In this document: one piece after another, positions 13,701 to 26,900 of the stretch
Layout of the letters: every line of letters begins with the position of its first letter
Position numbering within the stretch: the first letter of the stretch is position 1
From: Macrostomum hystrix
Taxonomy: Eukaryota; Animalia; Platyhelminthes
Length of the DNA: 64,000 nt
Assembly: GCA_950097015.1 (NCBI GenBank)
Contig: CATNEN010000041.1
Location: 2,294,001-2,358,000 of the forward strand
Direction: 5' to 3'
Notes under the pieces: generated by a model
Told to the model about the DNA's origin: nothing
The model's input: the letters and a program-made list of their open reading frames with translations, nothing else
Database searches by the model: none
Position numbers and translations under genes: made by a program

Positions 13701-13920
13701 TCTTGATCTCCTTCTCCAGGTAGCGCAGCTTCCGCTCCATCTCGTCGCAGCGGCGAATCTCATTAACAAACTTGCGCTGGAAGGCATTGGTGTCGGACTT
13801 GAGGTCGCGGAACTGCACCAGGCCTAGCTCGCCCAGCTCTGACACGCACGCGAAGGCTGCCTCCGCCTGGAGGAACAGCTGACACAGCGTCATCTCCTGG
13901 CTGCGGAACAGGTCGCCCAT
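4711..13920 (-). CDS. ATP6V0A1: V-type proton ATPase V0 subunit a (about 860 aa)
   Basis: Exons (minus): 13920-13498; either 11895-11741 or 11401-11253; 9941-9432; 7870-7297; 6438-6177; 6083-5794; 5085-4711. All junctions are GT-AG and phase-compatible (2583 nt with the 149-nt exon). Family motifs: [106 protein letters not shown]. The paralogue number is not certain. Confidence 0.96.
5185..5750. repeat. 41-bp minisatellite in the last V-ATPase intron, about 14 copies
   Basis: Unit CTGAAGATGTGGAGGTCATTCTGAAGATATGGCAGCAGAGC. Confidence 0.95.
6505..7255. repeat. 24-bp intronic minisatellite with a 72-bp higher-order period
   Basis: Unit TCGATTCTAGCTGCAGCTCTTGCT; variants cycle every three units ([24 protein letters not shown] in the ORF track). 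Confidence 0.95.
7900..9360. repeat. 26-bp intronic minisatellite, about 56 copies
   Basis: Unit GACACTACTGACAGTAGGCTGTGTGT, containing the inverted repeat CTACTG-A-CAGTAG. Confidence 0.95.
10575..11065. repeat. Two abutting, related 30- and 31-bp intronic arrays
   Basis: TTTACTTTGAGCACACTAAATCATTACCTG grades into ATTACTTTGAGCCCACCAACTCAATTCCCTG near 10790. Confidence 0.9.
11253..11401 (-). CDS. V-ATPase a alternative exon B (149 nt; [20 protein letters not shown]...GSRGFRF)
   Basis: TAG acceptor and GA|GTGAGT donor; phase 0 in, phase 2 out; open frame joining FFEE to (E)FVAGV. Confidence 0.8.
11741..11895 (-). CDS. V-ATPase a alternative exon A (155 nt; TVEQQRGG...[24 protein letters not shown])
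   Basis: CAG acceptor and CA|GTGAGT donor; phase 0 in, phase 2 out; open frame joining FFEE to (Q)FVAGV. Confidence 0.8.
12370..13310. repeat. 33-bp intronic minisatellite, about 27 copies
   Basis: Unit ATGGTCATCAGACTGGCCCTACTTCAATATCCA. Confidence 0.95.
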
Positions 13921-16900
13921 GACTGATCAGGTGGTGAAGAGCTGTGGACACAATGGGGTTGCAAGACTGAGTGATATTTCATTGTAAGCAGTCGGTATGA
14001 TTTGATTGTAGCAACTTAACAACTAGGCACATTAAATAGATGTCCAACAATTCAAATAATATAAATACCAGTCTTGTGAATGCAAAAAATGATCAGAAAA
14101 ACAACAATATAAATTACAAAACAAAAAAGTTTGATCCCTGTTTTGAAATGAAAAATAGCTGCTTGATAAAATGTTAAAAACAAACTTTGGATTTTGTGAA
14201 TAGCTTTTCAAGAATTTTAAAGAGAATTTTAAATGCAATTTAATTTCTATCTGATTAAGAGACTTTTATTAAGTAATCATAGATTAAGACTAAGACTTAA
14301 GTAATAAGGCTCTAGTGAGTAAGGTTGCTCTATCCTAAAGTCTCTATAATTCTTCTAAAGTATAAGTATATAAGCAAAATCGAAAAAAAACATTGAAGTA
14401 GCAAAAAAATCTTTACTTTTTAGAATTTAGGAATAGATGTATCATGGATGATGAGCACATTAGCTATTTGGTGGCATAGCAAAATAAAAAAACGGTTAGG
14501 CCTATATTAATTAGTCAATTAGGCCTAACACAAGACAAAGCAGCTAGCTGGTAAAATTATTTCGTAGCAACACAACTTAAAAAGATAAGATGAAACAATA
14601 GGCTTGTAGTTATGCATCATTTAATGCATCATTGGGGCAGGTGTAATCAATTATTATTATTATATTATCATTTAATAAATGATAGAATAGACAAGACTTC
14701 ATGCTAAAGAAAGTAGAAAGATTATAAATATTAATATTAATCGGCTAGTTCAGCTAGCCAAAAATAGTAGACAAATCAATTTGACTATCATCATAAATGA
14801 TATATAAGTAGCTATTGCCTATGTATTTCGTCCTGTTGTTGGGCCGCGAAACAAAATCTCATTAATGTTTATTGCTATTTTCATCCACCACCTGCACTAA
14901 ATATTTAACTTACGATTTAATAATGATACTGAATTTTAAAGGAATACCATTATACCATATACCAAATTAGAAGTTTAGGTATAACACATAAGTTCTAAAA
15001 ATATTTTACGCTAGGGGGGCCTATAGGAGTATAGATAGGACTAAAAAACTTAACGGCAAGACAGTTGAATATAATATGTCATATGCTATATGCGATAACT
15101 AAAAAATCTATGAAAAATGTAAAACACTTTCATTTATTGATTAATACATGCGCTGATTGATCAAGCGTATCAATTGATAATACTACGAATTAAAAAATAT
15201 ATTTTTTGCTGTAAAAAGTAAAGAACTTATTTAAATTTAATCAGCATATAAATATGGCTCTTAAATTCGTGCAAAACTCTGAAGGTGCCTTTATAAACGA
15301 AACAAATTAAAAAAATATTTTCTTTCTTCAAAACTCTAACATCTGATCAGTCATAGAATTTGCACAGTCTCGAACTTTTTTCTTGAGCTCGTAAAACTTC
15401 AAGTAAAAATTTGAGTTCGAACAGCGAAGCCGGATTGGTTCCTTCCCCCAGACAAGCGGTAGTGTTTGCAGCACTTTGCACTCTCATCTGAGGGTTTGGA
15501 TGAAACAGTAGAGAGATGAGATGCGGGAGAGATGGAACGGGGTAGGATGAGGCACGGGAGAGGTGAGACTCGAGAGAGATGAGACAGGAAGAGAGAGATA
15601 AGACTGGAGAGATGAGACAGAGAGAGAGAAAGTCGAAACGGGAGTGATAAGATACGGAAGAGATAAGACACGGGAAAGGTGAGATGTGTGAAATGTGATA
15701 CGAGAGAGATTATACTCTGGATAGGTGAGATATGATCGAGAGATACAACGGGCCGTCTGTAGCTTCACAGGCCGTATGTGACTTGCGGGCCAGAATCGGC
15801 AAGCCGAGTTCTCTAATCAAAATGCTCAGGATAATTGGGATCGAAATCAAATTTCCACCCCCAACGGACGCCGTCATGTGCGATACCTGAGTATTAGCTA
15901 CGAATTAAGCCATGCAGTCGAATCAATTGGAAAGTGTTTGTATGCGACCGACGCAAAAGTAGCTCAGGTGTGCATGAATTCCGCAGGGGCGGGTGGCGCA
16001 GTGAAAACGGCTTCAGCAGTCATTAGTGCATGTATTGTAACCCAAGCCATGAAACCGCTAGGTGACTCACTTGGGACATCCAGTGCGATAGGGGAAGTCA
16101 CACGGGTTGAGAATCAGATTCCGTGTGGCATCTTGTATCTCAAAGGAATTGTATTGTCAGAAAAGCTCACTCAACAATAACGGGACAACATCGCGGCCAT
16201 CTCATCACTGCATTGTCCGGGCAGACCATAGGGATGCAATAGAGTTTGCTCCTCGCCTAGCGATCCCATGGGCGATAGGAGCTGATGCGATTTCTTCACG
16301 AAATTGCTCGTCCGCATGTCCTTTGTTCTAGTTCGTAGGATTGGTGAGCGATTGCATCAGGGATCTGAGCAGACTGAGCAGACTGAGCAGACGAGTGCCG
16401 GATGAAAAGCCCTCTGCCATTGCTCATATCTGACCTCGTTTGCCATTTCAATTTAACTGAGCATGCAACCCGCCATTGAAACCGAAATTTTGAATGGTAT
16501 GAAATTATTTTACTGTATACATTTGCGCAGCTCCCACCGATATGAGCTGCACTCCACCATCACTCCATATGTGAGGACAAATCAAGGAGGTGGGGCGAGA
16601 GATCTTTTTCTTGACTGGTCGTATTCCCATAGATTAAAAAATGCATGCTATAATGAAGATATGAATATAATGAATTTATACTTTAGCAATAAACTGCCAA
16701 TGGGTGGTGCCTCATGAATTACTCATCCACAGGCAAGAAAAGCGCCATGGGTGGGCTTTTGCGATTTTAAAGTCATTTGTTGCAGCTGCAATTTATGTAC
16801 TGGCAATAGGCTCGCTGCGCTTTCACCGACCCAAACGCTCATCTGGACAGGGGGGCGCAAAAGATGGCTCCTAGATGGCGTCATTTTCGAGCCCGATACC

Positions 16901-17019
16901 GAGCTGTACGTCGCTGCGGGACCGCGTGACCTCCTGCTTCCACGCGGAGCTCGTGACGACAGCTGAGGCCCTGCACTGGGTGCTCTCGGCCCCGACCCCT
17001 GCTGCGCTCTTGGAGGTTG

Positions 17020-17995
17020 ATCCACTGTCATCGAGGTTGAACCAAGGTCTTCGAGGTTGAACCAAGGTTTTCGAGGTTGATCCCCTGTCATCGAGGTTGA
17101 ACCAAGTTCTTCGAGGTTGAACCACGGTCTCGGAGGTTGGACCACGGTCATCGAGGTTGAACCAGGGCCTTAAAGGTTGAACCACGGTCATCGAGGTTAA
17201 ACCACGGTCTCGGAGGTTGGACCACGGTCATCGAGGTTGAACCAGGGCCTTAAAGGTTGAACCACGGTCATCGAGGTTAAACCACGGTCTCGGAGGTTGG
17301 ACCACGGTCTCGGAGGTTGGACCACGGTCATAGAGGTTAAACCACGGTCATCGAGGTTGAAACAGGGCCTTAAAGGTAGAACCACGGTCTTGGAAGCTGA
17401 ACCACGGTCATCGAGGTTGAACCACGGTCTTGGAGGTTGAACCACGGTCATCGAGGTTGAACCACGGTCATCGAGGTTGAACCACGGTCATCGAGGTTGA
17501 ACCACGGTCATCGAGGTTGAACCACGGTCATCGAGGTTGAATCACGGTCATCGAGGTTGAACCACGGTCATCGAGGTTGAACCACGGTCTTGGAGGTTGA
17601 ACCACGGTCATCGAGGTTGAACCACGGTCATCGAGGTTGAACCAGGGCCTTAAAGGTTGAACCACGGTCATCGAGGTTAAACCACGGTCTCGGAGGTTGG
17701 ACCACGGTCTCGGAGGTTGGACCACGGTCATCGAGGTAGAACCACGGTCATCGAGGTTGAACCACGGTCATCGAGGTTAAACCACGGTCTTGGAGGTTGA
17801 ACCACGGTCATCGAGGTTGAACCACGGTCATCGAGGTTGAACCACGGTCATCGAGGTTGAACCACGGTCATCGAGGTTGAACCACGGTCATCGAGGTTGA
17901 ACCACGGTCATCGAGGTTGAACCACGGTCATCGAGGTTGAACCACGGTCATCGAGGTTGAACCACGGTCATCGAGGTTGAACCACGGTCATCGAT
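17020..17995. repeat. 20-bp intergenic minisatellite (ACCACGGTCATCGAGGTTGA)
   Basis: Degenerate on the left, homogeneous on the right. Confidence 0.95.
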
Positions 17996-20975
17996 GGTTC
18001 ACGATCACTGAAACGGACTTTGCCTGGATTTCGACTCGATGACTTTGAGGGCATATGTGCTCATTTTCAGTATTCAGGCTTATCTTAACAACTGGCAATG
18101 GACGCTTTTCAGCTGTGAGAAAATTTTTGTTTATATCAACGCTTATCAGCGTCTATAAACGTTTATGCTTTTTCTACCGTTTATGAATTACCAATATGAT
18201 TCATTTTGATACATCCGATTCGCTAAATAAAAAAATCAGCACCTTCAAAGTGTGCGCAAAATAGTAAAAAGAACAATGACAATGTAAATACTCTTATGCT
18301 AATCTTGTTAGATAATATCAACACACAGCAGCACACTGTGGCTTAGATTTTTTTGAAGGTCAGTAGGATTTTTACCGAGCAACTTGCTCTCCCAGTTGTG
18401 GAGTCATCTTGTGACAAAAACGAAATAAAATACCGGGTTACGGGCAGTGAACAGGAAAATGGAGCGGCCTTAGCTTGCTATATTAGGAAAATGTTACATT
18501 CGGAAATCCGTCTCGATCGGCACTAATCTGCGTCCTAGGCCGAGAGCGCTGGCTAAGCAGCCGTGAAGCAGATCAGAAAACTGAGCTGTCCAGTCTCGAG
18601 TTTGCGGAGGCGGTGGCGCCGGAGAAATAATTGAAGCCGACTGCTCCAAGCTGTGGGCGGAGTCGTAAGAATTCTGTCCTTTGTCTGTGCTGTCCGCTGC
18701 CATCCATCAGCTGGCAAACGACAAACCCGCCTTGCTTATTATGCCTCGGAGCAATTCAGAAGATGCGAGAAGATGCCGATACGATGGCCAGTTCGGCACC
18801 TGCCCTTGACTTCGCTGGCGCTGAAAATTATCGGCTTGGGTCGCTAAGGGACTCCGTCGGGCGCTTGAGCAATAGCCTCAGCTAAACTGCTCCAGTTTGG
18901 CAGCGCTAGAGCTTGAGTACTGTCGGTAATTTCTCAATTTAGAGGCCTTGAAAACGGTATAGAATTGTTGCAATCACTTTAATTAGTGCTCCAGCCGGGA
19001 AGCCGCGCAGCAGGCTTTTGTCAGCCGCTCTCGGGCAGGCGTATCAGCTGCATCATGCATGCATAAGTCTGCTCAACAAATGCTGAGAATTGTTAATCAG
19101 TGGTAAAAATTCATTTGTGTCCAGTAGGGCAAGCCGAGTTGTTACCTGAAGCTAACGTTAATTAAGCTGTCGCTTCTGTGCAGTCGCTGTGAAAATTAAT
19201 GCCCTAAAAGCCCGAGCCCCACCTTGACCACACCACGCTAGGCTGATTGCGAACAAAGACCTGCCGATACCGGAGCTCAATCCGAGCGTCTGCCGAAACT
19301 CAGCTAGGACAATTTTACGTAACGGCGACCGCACCGACCATTGCTTTGCGCCCGTGGGGACGGACAGACAGAAGGGGGCCTTAGAAACCTCCTCAGATTT
19401 CACATCTCACCTGAGAAAGAAATGTGCGCATGGATTAAGCGCGGAAATGGGATAAAGGCAGTAGCCTCAGCCTCAACCTATTTTCCAGTATTCTTCCGCA
19501 TTCTCTGCAGAGCTTAGGCGCCCTACCGCCCCACGCGCAAACTTAATTTCACTGGCATTCTCTGAAGCTCAGGGTCCAAGAGCAAACTGCTATAATTTTT
19601 CTTGCCATTCCTCAACTCACTCCTGGGCCATGCACGCACTGCATCCAACACCCCGACGGCGCTTCGACTTGAGTCCTGTACTTCTTCCCAAGAATTCCCT
19701 GCCTGTCCTCTACTGTACCCAGCAGACTTCTCTGTCGTCAGCGCATCCCACCAGGGACCATCCAGCCTTCCCTGTCACTCCACCGACTTCCTCTCCTGCC
19801 CCCCAGCCATCAGTCATTATCAGGACTTTGGTCACGATGCAGCCGAATGTCGGTTTTTCCGTTGCTGGCCAGCAGCGCCGCAAACCTGGAACAGAAATTT
19901 TCTGCATTCATTTTCCGGTTTGACTGGACAATAAAACAGGCTGGGGCGAATCGGTTAACTACATGCCGCCTCGCTGGCCCAATCGATTATAAATTGTGCT
20001 TTTTCATGGCCGACCGCCTACCCCAGCACTCACGCGAATTCGACGCTGGGAGCCGCGCCAGGCCTGCTCAGCTGCCAGGAGAATCGATGGCTGCTCACTG
20101 CTTGATTGAGCAGTTCGGAGAGGAGCAACTGCCGACTCCCAGGCCGATTTGCTGCAAATAGGAGCTCGGATTAATTATGGCCTCCCAACTGCTCAGGGCG
20201 GGAAATAATCAGCCCGCAAACACGGCCGGGGATTCGACTGACCTTGTCTGACGAGAAGCAATTGGAGTTGGAGAACCACTTCAACTATTTAAGAGTTCAG
20301 AGGAAGCAAAACAATACATTTTAAGGAAATAATCTGGTTGTTGCAGCCTCTTCAAAACAGGAAACGTAGTGTAGAGTGAATGGAGTATACACAGACTTGC
20401 CTTGCAAGTTAAATGACCATCTCCTGCTTGTCCTCGCACAGGAAAGGCTAGAGCTCAAAATCTGTTGCCGTGTTAATCCCAGTTGGCCAGATTTACCCAA
20501 CAAAAGCTTTCCCAACTCAGTTCCGCAGCTCCTCAAGGCAGCAACCCCACCCACAACTGGAGAGATACATGTAGTAGGGAATGGAGGCGGATGAGACAGG
20601 AAGATAAAACAGGACATGAGGAGGCCAATTTTTAGGTTGCGTTGTTGCTTGCAAGCTCTGCCCAACCCGCTGAGTGAGTGGAATCCAATTGAAACTCGCC
20701 TCCAGTGCCAGAGCTGCCTCCGCAGGCTGAGGGGAGGCGGCCAATCACAGCGGACCGTGAGAGGCTTCACAGCTGAGGTGGCGCCTGGCCAGGCATTGGT
20801 GGGGCCGGCTGCAATATCAGGCCACGCCTCCGCCTCTTCGCCTGCGTCCCCCGTCCCACTTGGTCGGCCTGCGTCAAACTTTGGCTGGCAACAGCAAGGG
20901 AAATCGGAGGCTTGGCAACAGCAAGGGAAATCGGAGGCTTGGCAACAGCAAGGGAAATCGGAGACTGGAGAGAGC

Positions 20976-23900
20976 ATGGGCTGCACCCAGTTCAAGGGCC
21001 GCTTGGGCTCCGTTCGCTTCGCTGACAAGAGACAGCCGAGGTACGCAGCAGATGCTAGCGGCTGCCCAGCAGACCAGCAGCAGCAGCAGCAGCAGCCAGC
21101 AGAGGGTGACAAACAGATCGACCCCAAGCTGGGTCTCACCGAGCGGGAGGTCTACAAGCTGAAGACATCCTGGAGGGCCGTCCATCGAAAAGTGTCCGAC
21201 ACTGGCGTCGAAATGTTCATCAGGTGCGCAAAATACCAAGATGACTACCTCACCCTACCCGAGTCTCACCCTACCCGAGTCTCACCCTACCCGAGTCTCA
21301 CCCTACCCGAGTCTCACCCTACCCGAGTCTCACCCTACCCGAGTCTCACCCTACCCGAGTCTCACCCTACCCGAGTCTCACCCTACCCGAGTCTCACCCT
21401 ACCCGGGTCTCACCCTACCCGAGTCTCAACCTACCCGAGTCTCACCCTACCCGAGTCTCACCCTACCCGAGTCTCACCCTACCCGAGTCTCAACCTACCC
21501 TAGTCTCACCCTACCCGAGTCTCACCCTACCCGAGTCTCACCCTACCCGAGTCTCACCCTACCCGGGTCTCACCCTACCCGAGTCTCAACCTACCCGAGT
21601 CTCACCCTACCCGGGTCTCACCCTACCCGAGTCTCACCCTACCCGAGTCTCACCCTACACGAGTCTCAACCTATCCGAGTCTCACTCTACCCCAATCTCA
21701 CTCCATCCAGAGCCCCATTCTACCCCAATCTCACTCCATCCAGAGCCCCACTCTACCCCAATCTCACTCCATCCAGAGCCCCATTCTACCCCAATCTCAC
21801 TCCATCCAGAGCCCCATTCTACCCCAATCTCACTCCATCCAGAGCCCCACTCCCATCCCATTCGTTTGATCCGCGGTCCCCAGCACATCTGACCCGCAAT
21901 GCTCATCAACTTAATCCCCAAAAGCCAAAATGCAAAGCCTGTCTTTTGAGGATATTATCCCCGAGTTGGCGGTGGCGGTGGCGGTGGGCGAGGGGGCAGG
22001 GCGCTTTGCCTTCAAAGGCACGCCGAATCACTGGGCTGAATTCGCAGTCCCACGAGATTCGGTGGAAACTTCAGTCTTCTTCTCTCATTCTCCGAAGTCC
22101 CGCTGGGAGCTCCCTTCGAGATGATCCCCAGTCGCAGAGTGGCGGCGCAGCGATGCGCTGTGCCAGGCAGTCCCGGCTTCACCCTGGAATAATATACATT
22201 TTCCCACTGGGTCGAAACGGCCTGCAGTGCAGCGGGAGAAGCTGCAACTCACAAACAGCTCAGAGAGTGCTCACACTGCCAGCTGAGCACACTTCACTTA
22301 AGTTGAGTGACTGGCGCGCCAATGTACAGGACTGGTGGTTGAAAAAAACTGCAAATGGAATTCAGAAGCAGCCAGAAGAAGCAGTCCTTGCCGGCAGCTG
22401 GCCACCCGCTCTGCTATTCACTGCCGTGTTGGACATCTCCCATTGTGGCATGAATGAGGGAATGAGCACTGATTCAGCCGCACCCAATATCCCCTGCATT
22501 TCCTTTCTGACTCCCCTTTCCTAACCTCCCCCAGCCTCAGTTTTCACACTCTCTCCTCTTCAGCTGCTCCCGCTTCCTATTTGCCGCCTGCCACTTCATC
22601 TCTCAGGTCTCTCATCTCTCCTGAGATGTTCATCCGCGTGAGCAGACTCTCCCGTCCCGTTACTTTCCGATTTGTATCTCTCTCCTTTAACTCGTCACTC
22701 TCCTAACTTATCCCATCACCCGTCTCTCTCACTGTCTCATCTCTCCCCTGTCTCACCTCTCCCTGTCTCATCTCTCCCCTGTCTCATCTCTCCCATGTCT
22801 CATCTATCCCCTGTCTTATCTATCCCTGTCTCATCTCTCCCTGTTTCATCTATCCCCTGTCTCATCTATCCCCTGTCTCATCTATCCCCTGTCTCATCTA
22901 TCCCTGTCTCATCTATCCCCTGTCTTATCTATCCCTGTCTCATCTCTCCCTGTTTCATCTATCCCCTGTCTCATCTATCCCCTGTCTCATCTATCCCCTG
23001 TCTCATCTCTCCCCTGTCTCATCTATCCCCTGTCTTATCTCTCCCCTGTCTTATCTATCCCTGTCTCATCTCTCCCTGTCTCATCTCTCCCATGTCTCAT
23101 CTATCCCCTGTCTCATCTATCCCTGTCTCATCTCTCCCTGTCTCATCTATCCCCTGTGTCATCTATCCCTGTCTCATCTCTCCCTGTCTCATCTATCCCC
23201 TGTCTCATCTATCCCTGTCTCATCTATCCCTGTCTCATCTATCCCTGTCTCATCTATCCCTGTCTCATCTATCCCTGTCTCATCTATCCCTGTCTCATCT
23301 ATCCCTGTCTCATCTATCCCTGTCTCATCTATCCCTGTCTCATCTATCCCTGTCTCATCTATCCCTGTCTCATCTATCCCTGTCTCATCTCTCCCTGTCT
23401 CATCTATCCCCTGTCTCATCTATCCCCTGTCTCATCTATCCCCTGTCTCATCTATCCCTGTCTCATCTATCCCTGTCTCATCTATCCCTGTCTCATCTAT
23501 CCCTGTCTCATCTATCCCTGTCTCATCTCTCCCTGTCTCATCTATCCCCTGTCTCATCTATCCCCTGTCTCATCTATCCCCTGTCTCATCTATCCCTGTC
23601 TCATCTCTCCCTGTCTCATCTATCCCTGTCTCATCTATCCCTGTCTCATCTCTCCCTGTCTCATCTATCCCCTGTCTCATCTATCCCCTGTGTCATCTAT
23701 CCCTGTCTCATCTCTCCCTGTCTCATCTATCCCCTGTCTCATCTATCCCTGTCTCATCTATCCCTGTCTCATCTATCCCTGTCTCATCTATCCCTGTCTC
23801 ATCTATCCCTGTCTCATCTATCCCTGTCTCATCTATCCCTGTCTCATCTATCCCTGTCTCATCTATCCCTGTCTCATCTATCCCTGTCTCATCTATCCCT

Positions 23901-26900
23901 GTCTCATCTCTCCCTGTCTCATCTATCCCCTGTCTCATCTATCCCCTGTCTCATCTATCCCCTGTCTCATCTATCCCTGTCTCATCTATCCCCTGTCTCA
24001 TCTATCCCTGTCTCATCTATCCCTGTCTCATCTATCCCTGTCTCATCTCTCCCTGTCTCATCTATCCCCTGTCTCATCTATCCCGTCTCATCTATCCCCT
24101 GTCTCATCTATCCCTGTCTCATCTATCCCTGTCTCATCTATCCCTGTCTCATCTATCCCTGACTCATCTATCCCTGTCTCATCTCTCCCTGTCTCATCTA
24201 TCCCCTGTCTCATCTATCCCTGTCTCATCTATCCCTGTCTCATCTATCCCTGTCTCATCTATCCCTGTCTCATCTATCCCTGTCTCATCTCTCCCTGTCT
24301 CATCTATCCCCTGTCTCATCTATCCCCTGTCTCATCTATCCCCTGTCTCATCTATCCCTGTCTCATCTATCCCTGTCTCATCTATCCCTGTCTCATCTAT
24401 CCCTGTCTCATCTCTCCCTGTCTCATCTATCCCTGTCTCATCTCTCCCTGTCTCATCTATCCCCTGTCTCATCTAACCCCTGTGTCATCTATCCCTGTCT
24501 CATCTCTCCCTGTCTCATCTATCCCCTGTCTCATCTATCCCTGTCTCATCTATCCCTGTCTCATCTATCCCTGTCTCATCTATCCCTGTCTCATCTATCC
24601 CTGTCTCATCTATCCCTGTCTCATCTATCCCTGTCTCATCTCTCCCTGTCTCATCTATCCCTGTCTCATCTATCCCTGTCTCATCTATCCCTGTCTCATC
24701 TATCCCTGTCTCATCTGTCCCTGTCTCATCTATCCCCTGTCTCATCTATCCCCTGTCTCATCTATCCCCTGTCTCATCTATCCCTGTCTCATCTATCCCT
24801 GTCTCATCTATCCCTGTCTCATCTATCCCTGTCTCATCTATCCCTGTCTCATCTCTCCCTGTCTCATCTATCCCCTGTCTCATCTATCCCCTGTCTCATC
24901 TATCCCCTGTCTCATCTATCCCTGTCTCAACTCTCCCTGTCTCATCTATCCCTGTCTCATCTATCCCTGTCTCATCTCTCCCTGTCTCATCTATCCCCTG
25001 TCTCATCTATCCCCTGTGTCATCTATCCCTGTCTCATCTCTCCCTGTCTCATCTATCCCCTGTCTCATCTATCCCTGTCTCATCTATCCCTGTCTCATCT
25101 ATCCCTGTCTCATCTATCCCTGTCTCATCTATCCCTGTCTCATCTATCCCTGTCTCATCTATCCCTGTCTCATCTATCCCTGTCTCATCTATCCCTGTCT
25201 CATCTATCCCTGTCTCATCTATCCCTGTCTCATCTCTCCCTGTCTCATCTATCCCCTGTCTCATCTATCCCCTGTCTCATCTATCCCCTGTCTCATCTAT
25301 CCCTGTCTCATCTATCCCTGTCTCATCTATCCCTGTCTCATCTATCCCTGTCTCATCTATCCCTGTCTCATCTCTCCCTGTCTCATCTATCCCCTGTCTC
25401 ATCTATCCCCTGTCTCATCTATCCCCTGTCTCATCTATCCCTGTCTCATCTCTCCCTGTCTCATCTATCCCGTGTCTCATCTATCCCTGTCTCATCTCTC
25501 CCTGTCTTATCTATCCCCTGTCTCATCTATCCCCTGTGTCATCTATCCCTGTCTCATCTCTCCCTGTCTCATCTATCCCCTGTCTCATCTATCCCCTGTC
25601 TCATCTATCCCCTGTCTCATCTATCCCCTGTCTCATCTATCCCTGTCTCATCTATCCCTGTCTCATCTATCCCCTGTCTCATCTATCCCCTGTGTCATCT
25701 ATCCCTGTCTCATCTATCCCTGTCTCATCTATCCCTGTCTCATCTCTCCCTGTCTCATCTATCCCCTGTCTCATCTATCCCCTGTCTCATCTATCCCCTG
25801 TCTCATCTATCCCTGTCTCATCTATCCCTGTCTCATCTATCCCTGTCTCATCTATCCCTGTCTCATCTATCCCTGTCTCATCTCTCCCTGTCTCATCTAT
25901 CCCCTGTCTCATCTATCCCCTGTCTCATCTATCCCCTGTCTCATCTATCCCCTGTCTCATCTATCCCTGTCTCATCTATCCCTGTCTCATCTATCCCTGT
26001 CTCATCTATCCCTGTCTTATCTATCACGGACCCTACTGGATCTTAAATGCCTGTACTTTTTCTGAATGGTACCAGCTCCGTTCTCCCCGAATTCGGGTTG
26101 GTTTCAAGAGTTCTCAAGAAGAAATGAAACGAGTCAAGTGTTGAGTGACATCCCATCAGTTCTTGAGGCGTCCATCTTCTAAAAGTACAATAAGAGAAGA
26201 CATGGTCGACCTCTAATAATGAGGATGCGCCTTCAAGTAGGTAGAAGAGAACTGGAAGTCCCTGAGACCTCAGCAGGGATGTTGAGAGCCCGTGGAAGCC
26301 GTGACTCATTAGTGAGCTGCTTGCTAGTGAGCTGTCATGATTTCATGCTCAAACATTTACAGCCACAGCAAGCCCACCTGCTTCTGAGTAGTAGCGGAAT
26401 GATAATTAATCTCAGTGTTGAGCTCTCCCAATTAAACTCTGCGCCAGAGCAGAAGAAGGCTAAAACTAGTGGAGGGATGAAAAATATGCCAAACAGGCCG
26501 GAGTCAGAAATGCAGCACCAACTGCTGCCCAGGCCTGATAAATTTACTTACTCAGAGCCCTTGTAGCCACACGCAAGCATTAAAAATGAATTGCAGTGCG
26601 GGCTGCGTGTTGACAATCTCTTATCTGCACAGCCACCTCTTCGTCAAAGTTCCTCGTGACTAGCTGGCCTGTCAGCGGATGTTGCCTGCGGTCTGGGGTG
26701 GGCGGCCAGGTGGTTGGGGCCAAAGAGGCGGCGCGTCTCGGCCGCAGTCGAATCTGCGGGGCCTGAGGGACGCAGGGAAAGTACAAATTTTGAAGTCGGT
26801 CTCCCTTCCCCCGCCGACCGTGTGCCAGTTCTGCATGATTGCAGCTGGGCTCGCTTTCATTATCCAAATAAGGAAATCGAAGCGGACGGGCTGCAGGCCC

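Noticed and set aside
15483-15510. Hammerhead ribozyme-like CTGA...GAAAC
   Set aside because: The core lacks CTGANGA and no stem II forms. Other CTGATGA sites checked by eye also lack the fold.
15883-15925. ATTAAGCCATGCAGTCGAA resembles the 5' region of SSU rRNA
   Set aside because: It is a short match only; spacing to other motifs is wrong and no further rRNA landmarks follow.
16720-16990. GC-rich block and short ORFs left of the 20-bp array (also 18500-20160 and 35340-36020)
   Set aside because: No recognisable domain or consistent splice phase was found, so they are left unannotated.
22672-26144. Very long ORFs (969, 496 aa) and similar ones at 6485, 12433, 21241, 29662 and 57566
   Set aside because: They are translations of stop-free minisatellite units, mostly inside introns of identified genes, with no unique domain content.
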